From Chthoniobacteraceae bacterium (GTDB lineage: Bacteria; Verrucomicrobiota; Verrucomicrobiia; Chthoniobacterales; Chthoniobacteraceae), in contig JANNXQ010000178.1 in the NCBI GenBank assembly GCA_031409655.1, forward strand, positions 1-16,675: a stretch of DNA of 16,675 nt, written 5' to 3'. This document shows, piece after piece, positions 1-8,557 of this stretch. Position 1 is the first letter of the stretch. Each line of letters opens with the position of its first letter. The position numbers and the translations under genes were made by a program. Under the pieces are notes generated by a model, which made no database searches, was not told where the DNA came from, and saw nothing but the letters and a program-made list of their open reading frames with translations.

Positions 1-369
1 ATCGATCTCCACTACGCGCCCCTGAGCATCGAAGAGTTGCACGGCAAGATCGGCGGAGTCGTCGGCGTCGAAGAGGATCGTCGCGGCCAGATCCTCATTG
101 ATCCGCCGGCGATCGAGCGTGATCGCAAGTCGCCCGATCCCCTCGCGCTCTGAGGCCGCGGCCTGCCAGCAGCGCGGATCGTCGAGGAAGCGTCCGCCCT
201 GCTGCTCGACGCTCACGACCCATGGCGGCGCTTGCGCGGCCTGGAGCGCGCCGGCTTGCTCAAAGCGCGCATCGAAGCTCAGCTCCGCAATGTCCGGTTG
301 CACGGCGCCGAGCGCGGCCAAGCGCAGGACTGCCGCGACCAGCATGGACATCGGGGAGAAGCGAAACAT
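1..369 (-). CDS. Hypothetical secreted protein, 5' part (runs off the window)
   Basis: Not in the ORF track. Open frame from ATG at 369 to base 1: MFRFSPMSMLVAAVLRLAALGAVQPDIAELSFDARF...DLAVQLFDAQGRVVEID. Signal-peptide-like N-terminus and GC-rich third positions. Confidence 0.7.
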   Translation of the reverse strand, partial: MFRFSPMSMLVAAVLRLAALGAVQPDIAELSFDARFEQAGALQAAQAPPWVVSVEQQGGRFLDDPRCWQAAASEREGIGRLAITLDRRRINEDLAATILFDADDSADLAVQLFDAQGRVVEID

Positions 370-502
370 GGCTACTCGGCGATCCTCGCGAAGGCTGCGG
401 CTTCGGCAAATTCTTTTCCGGCCTTCACTGCAGCGGAAGAGAAGGCGAGCGAGTGGTCAAAGGGGAATAGTGCTCAGCCAAACCCTCGCGTGAAAGTGTG
501 CG

Positions 503-537
503 GAGCGGCTGTCTCCGGGCTGTCGGACCAGCCGCTC
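503..537. repeat. Intergenic inverted repeat / hairpin
   Basis: GAGCGGCTG (503-511) pairs with CAGCCGCTC (529-537), with an inner TCCG/CGGA pair. It lies downstream of the MATE stop and has no clear U-tract. Confidence 0.4.
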
Positions 538-591
538 GCGACAGAGTCGCCCACCAGTTGCTCGTTCAGGCGTTCAGGTAGTCATCGTTGC

Positions 592-1947
592 TCACGAAGG
601 ATGCGCTGCGCTACGCCCGATCTTTTTCCACCCCCAGCCAAGGGCGAACAACGCGGCGCTCCAAGTCACGAAACAGATGCCCCACCAGACGCCCCAGATG
701 CCCCAGCCGAGCGTGAAAGCCAGTGTGTGGAAGACGACGAGGGGGGCGGCGATCTGGCGGTAGAGGCCGATCCAGAGGCCATAGGCGGGGCGCTTGATGC
801 CCTGCATGGCGAAGACGGTGACGAAGAGGATGGGATACGCGGCGAGGGTGACGGAGGCGATGAGCAGGTAGTCGCGGCCGTGGCCGATGACGGAGGCGTC
901 GTTCGTGAAAAGGCGCATCGCCGGATCGCGCAGGAGCCAGATGAGAAAGCCGCCGAGGAACATCAGGCCGGCGCCAATCTTGATATTCGTGATCCAGGCT
1001 TCGCGCACGCGGTGCGGCAGGCCGGCACCGTGATTTTGTCCAACGATGCTGAGCACGGCAGCGTTCAGGCCGATGGCGGGCATGAGGGCGATCTGCTCGA
1101 TGCGCGTGGCGATGCCGCTCGCGGCGACGGCTTCCTTTCCGAAGTGCTTCACGAACCACGTGATGACGAAGATGCCGAGGGCGACGGTGAGCATGTTCAG
1201 CGCGGCGGGCACGGCTTGTCCGGCGATGCGGCGCAGCACGCTGGCTTGCGGGCGAAAGTCTGCGCGGCGGATTCCTTGCAGGAGCTTCGATTGCGTGACG
1301 CTCCGCCACATGAAGATCACGCCACCGATCTGGACCAGCACCGTGGCCAGCGCGAGGCCGCTCACGCCCATCGGCGGCAGGCCCGTCCAACCCCACATCA
1401 GCACGGGATTGAGCACGACGTTCGCGAAGAAACCGGCGATCAGAAAATTGCGATACACCCGCGTCTCGCCCTGCGCGGCGAGCGCCGAGTTCAGGACCAT
1501 CTGCAGGAGAAAGAACACACCACCGGCGAGGATGACATTCATGTAGGCGAGCGCGGTGCGGAGGTAGCCGCCTTCCGCGCCGAGTTGCCGGAAGAGCCAC
1601 GGCGCCGCGAGCCAACCGGCGAAAGACAGCAGCAATCCCGCGACCGTGGCAAAGACCAGCGACTGTGCAAAGACGCGCCGCGCCTCGGGCCGGTCGTCGG
1701 CACCGAGCGCATTGGCGATCAGAGCGGTGGTGCCCTGACTGATCCCGCTGCCCACAGCCATGACGATGAAGAAGACGGGAAACGAGAGCGACAACGCCGC
1801 GAGCGCATCGGTGCCGAGCCAGCCAGCGCAGACCGTATCCACGACGTTGAACATCGTATTGAAAAACATCCCGACGCTCATCGGTACCGCGATCCGCCAG
1901 GTGAGCTGCGAGATCGGATCCGTGGTGAGCAAGAGCGGCGGCTTCAT
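592..1947 (-). CDS. MATE family efflux transporter
   Basis: 451 aa with many hydrophobic segments and MATE hallmarks (IAVPMSVGMFFNTMFNVVDT..GWLG..ALAA, NVVLNPVLM.G...MGVSGLALAT, IVGQNHGAG). Confidence 0.95.
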   Translation of the reverse strand: MKPPLLLTTDPISQLTWRIAVPMSVGMFFNTMFNVVDTVCAGWLGTDALAALSLSFPVFFIVMAVGSGISQGTTALIANALGADDRPEARRVFAQSLVFATVAGLLLSFAGWLAAPWLFRQLGAEGGYLRTALAYMNVILAGGVFFLLQMVLNSALAAQGETRVYRNFLIAGFFANVVLNPVLMWGWTGLPPMGVSGLALATVLVQIGGVIFMWRSVTQSKLLQGIRRADFRPQASVLRRIAGQAVPAALNMLTVALGIFVITWFVKHFGKEAVAASGIATRIEQIALMPAIGLNAAVLSIVGQNHGAGLPHRVREAWITNIKIGAGLMFLGGFLIWLLRDPAMRLFTNDASVIGHGRDYLLIASVTLAAYPILFVTVFAMQGIKRPAYGLWIGLYRQIAAPLVVFHTLAFTLGWGIWGVWWGICFVTWSAALFALGWGWKKIGRSAAHPS

Positions 1948-1959
1948 GAGCGCCTACTA

Positions 1960-2541
1960 CTACACGAGTCCGGCAATGATGCGCTCGAGCTGGGTGCGAT
2001 GGATGCCCATGTGACCACCGGCGAGTGCATACCAGCCGGAGGCATTCATTTCGCCGAACCACGGATGCGCAAAGCGCGCGGACGTATTCAGATCTGCTAC
2101 CGCGGCGGCGGCTGCGAGGACCACGTCGCAAGATGCTTCGTAGTCGGTCGCGACGCTGGCATCCGCCGCCCGACTTGGCTTCACCGCGGCAGTGCTCGCT
2201 GCGCCTTCGGGCGTCTGATTCCTAGCCAGCGTTGAAATGATGCGTGCCATCTCGAGATGCACGATGCGCAGGTGATCGAGCGTCATCCACACGGACCAGT
2301 TGCGACTGCTGTCTTCGAGTCCGGGACACCGCCGGATGAGCACGCGGCGCGCACCGGACTCCGCGTCCACCGAGCGGAGGAGCGCACGGATCATTTCCCG
2401 CTCGCGCTGAAATTTCGCGGTGAAGGAGGCGCGGCTGCCCGTCAGCCGTCGGAGCCGGAAAAGCACCCGCGCGATGAGATGTTCGATGGCGGGAAGCCCC
2501 GCGCCAGGCGGAGCGAGTTGTGGCTTGGTAGTCGTTGTCAT
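1960..2541 (-). CDS. DinB/YfiT-family protein (putative metal-dependent thiol transferase)
   Basis: Start at ATG 2541 (MTTTTKPQLAPPGAGLP), 193 aa. WSVWMTLDHL, HPWFG and HMGIH motifs give the DinB His triad. The upstream extension of the ORF track overlaps the HxlR gene and is not used. Confidence 0.85.
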   Translation of the reverse strand: MTTTTKPQLAPPGAGLPAIEHLIARVLFRLRRLTGSRASFTAKFQREREMIRALLRSVDAESGARRVLIRRCPGLEDSSRNWSVWMTLDHLRIVHLEMARIISTLARNQTPEGAASTAAVKPSRAADASVATDYEASCDVVLAAAAAVADLNTSARFAHPWFGEMNASGWYALAGGHMGIHRTQLERIIAGLV

Positions 2542-2562
2542 CGGCAAACGACATTCCCGATA

Positions 2563-2603
2563 TACTTGCATTACGCAAGTAAAAAGACTTGTGGAATGCA
2601 AGC
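2563..2603. promoter_or_regulatory. Two tandem palindromic operator-like sites in the divergent dinB/hxlR spacer
   Basis: TACTTGC-ATTAC-GCAAGTA (2563-2581, perfect 7-bp arms) and CTTGT-GGAAT-GCAAG (2588-2602) share the CTTG-N7-CAAG spacing, in an AT-rich spacer. Confidence 0.7.
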
Positions 2604-2625
2604 ATTGGCGCGGCAGTATTCCCCC

Positions 2626-3015
2626 ATGCCAAGACCGCAACCCCCGCGCCGAAGTCCGCCCGCTCCCATCCCCGGGACGCGCCGATCCCCGTGTCCCGTC
2701 GCCTGTTCTCTCGATCTCTTCGGCGACCGCTGGACGCTGCTGATCATCCGCGACCTGATGCTCGGCGGCAGCCGCTTCAAGGACTTCACCGCGTCTCCCG
2801 AAGGCATCCCGACCAACATCCTCAGCGACCGCCTCGAGCGCCTCCTCACGAGCCGCATCGTCGAACAAATCCCCACCAGCGAAGGCGCAAAACGGTTCGC
2901 CTACCGCCTCACGGAGAAAGGTGCCGCCCTCCGCGGCGTCGTGAAAGCCATGCGCGACTGGGCGCTCGAATGGGAGCCCGGAACGGAAGCCGCGCTGCCA
3001 GCGAAGCGGAGGTAA
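2626..3015 (+). CDS. HxlR/DUF24-family winged-helix transcriptional regulator
   Basis: ATG 2626, 129 aa: CPVACSLDLFGDRWTLLIIRDL..G..RFKDF...EGIPTNILSDRLERL....YRLTEKG, the typical HxlR pattern with an N-terminal Cys. Confidence 0.93.
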   Translation: MPRPQPPRRSPPAPIPGTRRSPCPVACSLDLFGDRWTLLIIRDLMLGGSRFKDFTASPEGIPTNILSDRLERLLTSRIVEQIPTSEGAKRFAYRLTEKGAALRGVVKAMRDWALEWEPGTEAALPAKRR

Positions 3016-3027
3016 CGGCGGTGGCCG

Positions 3028-6000
3028 TCACTGCAGCCGCACGTGGAGGCGGTAGAAGCGATGCGGCTCGCCGGTGGGGAGCGTGACAATCACGGGCTGA
3101 TTGTTCCCGAGGATATTGCTGGAGCCAGCCACCGGTTGCCACGAGGCGGAGTTCGTGAGGTCGGTGGTGGTCTGGAGATCGTAGATGCGCGTGAGCAGTG
3201 CGTAGGCGAGGCCATCCGCACGGAGAGCCTGGAAGGTGAGTTCGAGGTTCTGGCCGGAGCGGGCGTGCTGGAGAGGATTCGCGGTGCTGCCGGTGGGCAG
3301 CGTGCCGAGGACGTATTCCTGTGCGTTGGTGAAGAGGTCGCCATCGGGGTTCGCGGTGTCGCTGCCGTTGCCGGAATTCGCGGCGCTGCCAAAGTACTGC
3401 TGCCGCCACGTCTGGAGCGGCGTGCCCGTCACCGTGAGGGTGAAACTTTCCGTGTAGCTCGCCGTACCGTCGCTCGCGGCGAGGCCGATGATCGTGCTGC
3501 CGAGCTGATCCGCGGCGGGTGTGGCGGCGACGGTGTAGTAAGGCGACGCGCCTTCGAGCACGATCGCGCTGGCCGGCAGCAGCGCCGCGTTGCTGGAAGT
3601 CGCGGTGACGACCAGTGAGCCCTGCGCGGTGTCGTCTTCGGCGAGGAAGAGGCGCGCGGGGAGCGCGGTGTTGAGCGCGATGGTCCGGTCGGGCAGTGCG
3701 CTCACCAGCGGTGTGCACGCGATGGGCGTGAGGCGGATGTAATCGAGCGCGAGATCGAAGGCGGTGGACGCGCCATTTTTCCCCGTGACGGTAAAGCGAA
3801 ACTGCCAGTCACCGGCGGTGGAGAAATTCACCGTGCCGAGATTGAAGACCGAGGCATTCGTAGCGGCGGCGTAGGTGTCCTGCACCGCGGCGACATTGGT
3901 GAACGTCGCGCTGCCAGGCGGGGCGATGGCGAGTTGCATGCGCCCGCCGGTGGTGAGCCGCAGCACGCCGAGCTTCACATTCCACTGTCCGCTGAAGGGC
4001 ACGTGCGCGCGCAGCGTGAGGTAGTCATTGGCGGCATCGGCATTCAGCCGGCGCGCGGCGTTCGCGCTGAGTCGCGTGTCGGTGACGACCGCCTGCGTGT
4101 CGCCGCCCGACAGCGCGACGACGGCGAGCTTTTCGCACTGGCCGGCGAGCGCATTCCACAGGCCCCAGTAGGCGGGCTTCCGATCGAGCTCGAAGTCGAG
4201 GAGCAACGCCTGGCCGAAACCCGGCGCGAACGCCGGGATCCACGAGATGCCGTCGTACACGCCCCAGGTCTGGAAGACGCGGAGCCGCGAGTAGCCGAGC
4301 ACGGCGCCGGCGTAGCCAAAGTAGTCGTCGCTCTGCGCGGTGAGATCGGCGGCGGTGGCGAAGCCGTTCGCATCGACGGGCACGCGGTAGTCGAGCTCGG
4401 TCACATGCAGATCGAGCCCAAGATCCTGAAAGCGCTGAAAATTCGTGCGCGCCGTCGTGAGATTCGGCCCCGCCTCGAAGTGCGACTGAAAGCCGACGCC
4501 CTGCACGGGCACACCGGCGGCCACGAAGTTCGAGAGCAGGGTGTGGACGGCGTCGCTCTTCGTGTTGTCGTCCTCGATGCTGTAGTCGTTGTAGAAGAGC
4601 TGCGTCTCGGGATCGGCGGCGCGGGCGCGGGCGAAGACTTCGCGCAGATACCGATCGCCATTGGCCGCGTAGCCGATGCCCGGCGTGTCGTACCACAGCG
4701 TGCTGCGCAGCGTGCCGCCGCCGTCGTTCACCGCTTCATTGGCCACATCCCAGCACAGCAGGCGGTGGCGAAAGGCCGCGCCCTTTGTATCGATCTGATC
4801 CCACAGCATCGTCTGGAGCTGCGTCGCGGTGAAGGTGCCGCCGCTCACCCACGCGGGCAGTCCGCCGTGCCAGACGAAAGTGTGCCCGCGCGATGAGCCG
4901 CCGCGCGCGAGGCCGAGTTCGATGATCGTATTCGCATCGGCAAAGCGCCAGATGCCGTCCGCGGGTTCGGTGTCGGAAAATTTCTGCGCATTGCCTGGCG
5001 AAGCGAGATGGAAGTGCGCGCTCATTGCCGCGCGGAACCGTGGATCTTCCGCAAAGTGCGACGTGCTGATCCCGCCGGAGCCGAGCCGCAACGCGGGGAA
5101 CGCCGCCGCCGCGCGCCGCAGCCCCGTGACGGGCGCGAAGTAACAATCATCGACGCGCAGCGCCACGCCGCTGGGCGGACCTTCGACGAAGAACTTCACG
5201 TTCGTAAGCCCCGTCGTCGCCGGCAGCGTCACCGTGCCCGAGAGCCACGTCCACGTCGCGTTCGACGCCGGGCCCGAGGCGATGGCGAGAAAGCGCGAGC
5301 CGCTGCTGTCGATCACCTCGACCGTGAGCCGCACCGTCTCCGGCGTCGGCGAATCCGTCGTCACCCAACCCGCGCCGTAGTACATCCGCCCGTCCTCCGT
5401 CTTTCCGAAAACCGACTGCTCGACGCCATGCCACACCGCCGTGCGATTGCTCACCGTCACGCCGCCGACGCCCGTGTGCGCCGCGCCCGCCGCGCCCGTC
5501 GCCGGCCCATGCGCCTGCCAGCCCACGGCGCCACTCTCGAAGTCCGAGTTCGTGAGCAGATTCTCCAGCGCCGACGTATCGACTGCGCTGAAGCTCACGT
5601 CGTCGAGGAAGAGGTCCACGCCCGCGGGTGGTCCGTTGAAGAAGAGATTGAGCACCGTGAGCGTCCCATTCACATCGAAGCGGAAGAGCCCGCTAATCCG
5701 CGTCCACGTATCGGCGACCTGCAAGTTCCTGAGCCCATTGATGCGCGCGCCCCACGCGTCGGTCTGCTGCACCGAGAGCGCCACCGTCACCGGCGTCGCA
5801 CTGCTCGTGCGCACCCACGCGCTGGCCACGTAGGCTTTTCCCGGCGCCGCCACGCCGAGCAGCGACTGCCGCAGCCCGTGATTCGTCACCGTGCGATTCG
5901 TCGAGCGTCCGACCTGTGCGCCCGAGTGCGGCAGCGTATTCACCACTTGCACCGTGCCCCCACTGTACCCCGCCCACGGCGCGAGCCCCGACTCGAAGCC

Positions 6001-6096
6001 GGGATTGGTGAGCAAATTCGGCGGGGCCGCCTCGAGAGGCGCGAGAAACATCGCGAAGGTGCAGACGAGCCGACACGAGGCCGGGGAAAAACGCAT
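3028..6096 (-). CDS. Secreted multi-domain GH10 endo-1,4-beta-xylanase (signal peptide, 2x CBM4_9/CBM22-like, GH10, CBM-like, Ig-like, C-terminal domain)
   Basis: Probable start ATG 6096 (MRFSPASCRLVCTFAMFLAPLEA). Two NLLTNxxFESG modules. GH10 motifs RGHTFVWH, WDVANE (acid/base), LFYNDY, GVGFQSH, VTELD (nucleophile), TWGVYD..SW. C-terminus has WRQQYFG..DGD..N..EYVLGT.P and ends RFYRLHVRLQ. Confidence 0.93.
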   Translation of the reverse strand: MRFSPASCRLVCTFAMFLAPLEAAPPNLLTNPGFESGLAPWAGYSGGTVQVVNTLPHSGAQVGRSTNRTVTNHGLRQSLLGVAAPGKAYVASAWVRTSSATPVTVALSVQQTDAWGARINGLRNLQVADTWTRISGLFRFDVNGTLTVLNLFFNGPPAGVDLFLDDVSFSAVDTSALENLLTNSDFESGAVGWQAHGPATGAAGAAHTGVGGVTVSNRTAVWHGVEQSVFGKTEDGRMYYGAGWVTTDSPTPETVRLTVEVIDSSGSRFLAIASGPASNATWTWLSGTVTLPATTGLTNVKFFVEGPPSGVALRVDDCYFAPVTGLRRAAAAFPALRLGSGGISTSHFAEDPRFRAAMSAHFHLASPGNAQKFSDTEPADGIWRFADANTIIELGLARGGSSRGHTFVWHGGLPAWVSGGTFTATQLQTMLWDQIDTKGAAFRHRLLCWDVANEAVNDGGGTLRSTLWYDTPGIGYAANGDRYLREVFARARAADPETQLFYNDYSIEDDNTKSDAVHTLLSNFVAAGVPVQGVGFQSHFEAGPNLTTARTNFQRFQDLGLDLHVTELDYRVPVDANGFATAADLTAQSDDYFGYAGAVLGYSRLRVFQTWGVYDGISWIPAFAPGFGQALLLDFELDRKPAYWGLWNALAGQCEKLAVVALSGGDTQAVVTDTRLSANAARRLNADAANDYLTLRAHVPFSGQWNVKLGVLRLTTGGRMQLAIAPPGSATFTNVAAVQDTYAAATNASVFNLGTVNFSTAGDWQFRFTVTGKNGASTAFDLALDYIRLTPIACTPLVSALPDRTIALNTALPARLFLAEDDTAQGSLVVTATSSNAALLPASAIVLEGASPYYTVAATPAADQLGSTIIGLAASDGTASYTESFTLTVTGTPLQTWRQQYFGSAANSGNGSDTANPDGDLFTNAQEYVLGTLPTGSTANPLQHARSGQNLELTFQALRADGLAYALLTRIYDLQTTTDLTNSASWQPVAGSSNILGNNQPVIVTLPTGEPHRFYRLHVRLQ

Positions 6097-6319
6097 GGTC
6101 GAAGAGATTACGTGAAAGCATGGATGCGGCCAAGGGGTTTGGGACCGCAGCTTTCGGGCGGAGCTACGGCCAAGTGATCCATCAGTCATCCGTGGCCAGG
6201 CGTTTTCATTTTGACGGGCGAGGCGGACACCCGCAGGTTCGCGCTCGCGTTTCCGCGCGGAGCTGGCGAACGGTCGGCACCAGAGCGCGGCGCGTTCACA
6301 CCACCACTCACTTTTATCC

Positions 6320-7708
6320 ATGGCAAACTACGACCTCATCGTCATCGGCGGCGGGCCTGCGGGCTACGTCGGGGCAATTCGCGCGGCGCAACTCGGCAAG
6401 AAAGTCGCCTGCGTCGATAAGGATCGCCTCGGCGGCACGTGCAATAACTGGGGCTGCATCCCGACCAAGGCGCTGCTGAAAAGTGCGGAGCTTTATCACA
6501 CCATGTCGCACCGCGCGGCGGAGTTTGGCATGAAGTTCGACGGGCTCACCTTTGACTGGAGCAAGATCATCAAACGCTCGCGCGACGTCTCGGAGAAAGG
6601 TTCGGCGGGCGTCGAGTTTCTCTTCAAGAAGAACAAGATCGACTACCTGCGCGGCGAGGCCTCGATCGAGAAAGCTGGGACGGTGAAGGTGAAGGCAGAG
6701 GACGGCAAAGAGGAGGCGCACACCGCGGCGAAGATTCTCATCGGCACAGGCTGCGTGTCGCGGCCGATGCCGAATTTCCCCTTCAACGGCAAGACCGTCA
6801 TCGGCAGCAAGGAAGCCATGGCGCTCGAGAAGCAGCCGAAGTCGATCATCATCATCGGCGCGGGTGCGATCGGGATTGAGTTCGCGTATTTCTACAACGC
6901 CTACGGCACGAAGGTGACGGTTGTCGAAATGCTGCCCAATCTTCTGCCCGTCGAAGACACCGAGGTCTCGGTGGCGCTGGAGAAATCGTTCACCAAGCAA
7001 GGCATCGCCTTTTTGACGAACACCAAGACGACCAAGACCGAAGCGAACGACAAGGGCGTAAAAATCACCGTCGCGGATGCGAAGGGCGCGGAGAAAGTGC
7101 TCGAGGCCGACGTGTGCCTCGTGGCCATCGGCGTCGCGCCAGTGGTGCCTGGTGGCGCGAAGATCGGCCTCACCGATCGCGGTTACATCCAGGTGAATGA
7201 TCGCTACGAGACGACCATCCCCGGCGTGTATGCCGCAGGGGACATCATCGGGCCGCCTTGGCTCGCGCACGTCGCGAGCTGGGAAGTGCTCCAGGCCGTG
7301 AACGGCATGTATGTGAATGGCTTCAAGCCCAAGAAAGTCGGCCTCTTCCCCGGCTGCACCTACTGCCATCCGCAAGTCGCCAGCGTCGGCCTCACCGAAC
7401 GCGCCGCGAAGGAAGCCGGGAAGAAATTTAAAGTCGGCAAGTTCCCCTTCATGGCCAGCGGCAAAGCGCGCGCCATCGGCGAGAGCGAAGGTTTCGTAAA
7501 ACTGATCATCGGCGAACCGCACGGCGAAATCCTCGGCGCGCACATCATCGGCCCAGAAGCCACCGAGCTGATCGCCGAACTCGGACTCGCGATCCATCTC
7601 GAGGCCACCGTCGATGAGATTGAAGCCACGATCCACGCCCACCCGACGCTTAGCGAAGCGGTGAAGGAAGCCGTGGAAGTGGCCATGGGCCACGCGATTC
7701 ACATCTGA
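6320..7708 (+). CDS. lpdA: Dihydrolipoamide dehydrogenase (E3)
   Basis: 462 aa. GGGPAGYVGAIRAAQLG FAD motif, GGTCNNWGCIPTK redox disulfide, GAGAIGIE NAD motif, C-terminal HPTLSE. Confidence 0.97.
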   Translation: MANYDLIVIGGGPAGYVGAIRAAQLGKKVACVDKDRLGGTCNNWGCIPTKALLKSAELYHTMSHRAAEFGMKFDGLTFDWSKIIKRSRDVSEKGSAGVEFLFKKNKIDYLRGEASIEKAGTVKVKAEDGKEEAHTAAKILIGTGCVSRPMPNFPFNGKTVIGSKEAMALEKQPKSIIIIGAGAIGIEFAYFYNAYGTKVTVVEMLPNLLPVEDTEVSVALEKSFTKQGIAFLTNTKTTKTEANDKGVKITVADAKGAEKVLEADVCLVAIGVAPVVPGGAKIGLTDRGYIQVNDRYETTIPGVYAAGDIIGPPWLAHVASWEVLQAVNGMYVNGFKPKKVGLFPGCTYCHPQVASVGLTERAAKEAGKKFKVGKFPFMASGKARAIGESEGFVKLIIGEPHGEILGAHIIGPEATELIAELGLAIHLEATVDEIEATIHAHPTLSEAVKEAVEVAMGHAIHI

Positions 7709-7723
7709 GCGCGGAGCTGGGTC

Positions 7724-7784
7724 AGGGAGTTGGGGCGCCCTCGCCCCAATTGTGCAACTCGGGGCGGGGGCGCCCCGGCTCCTT
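7724..7784. repeat. REP-like inverted doublet (24-bp stem, 13-nt loop)
   Basis: AGGGAGTTGGGGCGCCCTCGCCCC (7724-7747) versus GGGGCGGGGGCGCCCCGGCTCCTT (7761-7784). All 4 mismatches are G-U compatible on the + transcript. Each arm is GGAG plus an internal hairpin. Confidence 0.75.
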
Positions 7785-7842
7785 GGAATCGCCGTGCCGA
7801 TTTCTGGTTCCGGGAATGGCGATCCGCGCGTAGCAGTTGGCC

Positions 7843-8514
7843 GTGCTGCCACGTGAATTCTTTCAACGCGACCCGGTGACCTGTGCGCGCGCGTTGATCG
7901 GCTGCGAACTGGTCTGGAACGAGTGCGCCGGCATCATCGTGGAGACGGAAGCGTACTCCGTGCAGAACGACGAAGCCTGCCACACCTTCGCGCGACCCTC
8001 CGCGCGCGCCTTTGTGGAAAAGCACCGCGCCGGCGATGCCTACGTGTACTTCAACTACGGCATGTACTGGCTGCTCAATGTCCTCGTCAAAGGCGGGAGC
8101 GAGGATGGCTTCGTGCTCCTCCGCGCTCTCGAGCCCACGCGCGGCCTCGCCGCCATGCAGCGCCGCCGCAGTGCCCATCGGAAATCTGCAATCTGCAATC
8201 TTAAATCCACCGCCCTCTGCTCCGGCCCCGGCAAGCTCGCCATGGCCCTCGCCGTCGATGGCCGCGACTACGGTCGTGACCTTTGCGCGAGCGAAGCAGT
8301 CGGTTTCCGCGTGCCACCGGCACCGACCGAAGTCGCCATCGACATCCGCATCGGCATCTCGAAAGCCGCGCACCTCCCCTGGCGCTTCCTGGCCCACGGC
8401 AGTGACTTTGTGAGCGTGAAGCCGACCCTCGCCGCGCAGTTGCCCACCGTTCGGAGTCCGCGCGAGAAACGAAGGAACCAGGGAATACTTGCCCCCAAGC
8501 GGCTGTCATACTGA
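7843..8514 (+). CDS. mpg: DNA-3-methyladenine glycosylase (MPG/AAG family)
   Basis: LPREFF.RD...AR.LIG, GIIVETEAY...D.ACH, YVYFNYGMYWLLNV, VLLRALEP, LCSGPGKL, RIGISKA..LPWRF. Start is GTG 7843 or TTG 7837. Confidence 0.95.
   Translation: MLPREFFQRDPVTCARALIGCELVWNECAGIIVETEAYSVQNDEACHTFARPSARAFVEKHRAGDAYVYFNYGMYWLLNVLVKGGSEDGFVLLRALEPTRGLAAMQRRRSAHRKSAICNLKSTALCSGPGKLAMALAVDGRDYGRDLCASEAVGFRVPPAPTEVAIDIRIGISKAAHLPWRFLAHGSDFVSVKPTLAAQLPTVRSPREKRRNQGILAPKRLSY
8176..8210 (+). repeat. Heptamer tandem repeat inside mpg
   Basis: CATCGGA AATCTGC AATCTGC AATCTTA AATCCAC, translated as HRKSAICNLKST. Confidence 0.7.
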
Positions 8515-8527
8515 GCGAAGCGGAGCA

Positions 8528-8557
8528 AATCGTGCAAATCGGAATCGTGCAAATCGG
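8528..8557. repeat. Perfect 15-bp tandem duplication
   Basis: AATCGTGCAAATCGG at 8528-8542 and 8543-8557, preceded by a partial copy. Confidence 0.85.

Noticed and set aside
232..2235. 667-aa + strand ORF, and similar long ORFs 6314-7852, 8902-10299, 12090-13913, 5008-6177
   Set aside because: Antisense shadows of well-supported genes in GC-rich DNA, with no recognisable motifs.
6097..6321. 75-aa N-terminal extension of the xylanase ORF, and the extension of the ftsA ORF to 15321
   Set aside because: They collide with the lpdA start and the ftsQ body respectively; downstream ATGs give a signal peptide and the canonical FtsA start.
7843..8514. mpg as part of the restriction island
   Set aside because: It has host-like codon usage, follows lpdA, and is separated from dcm by scar sequence; nothing beyond proximity links them.
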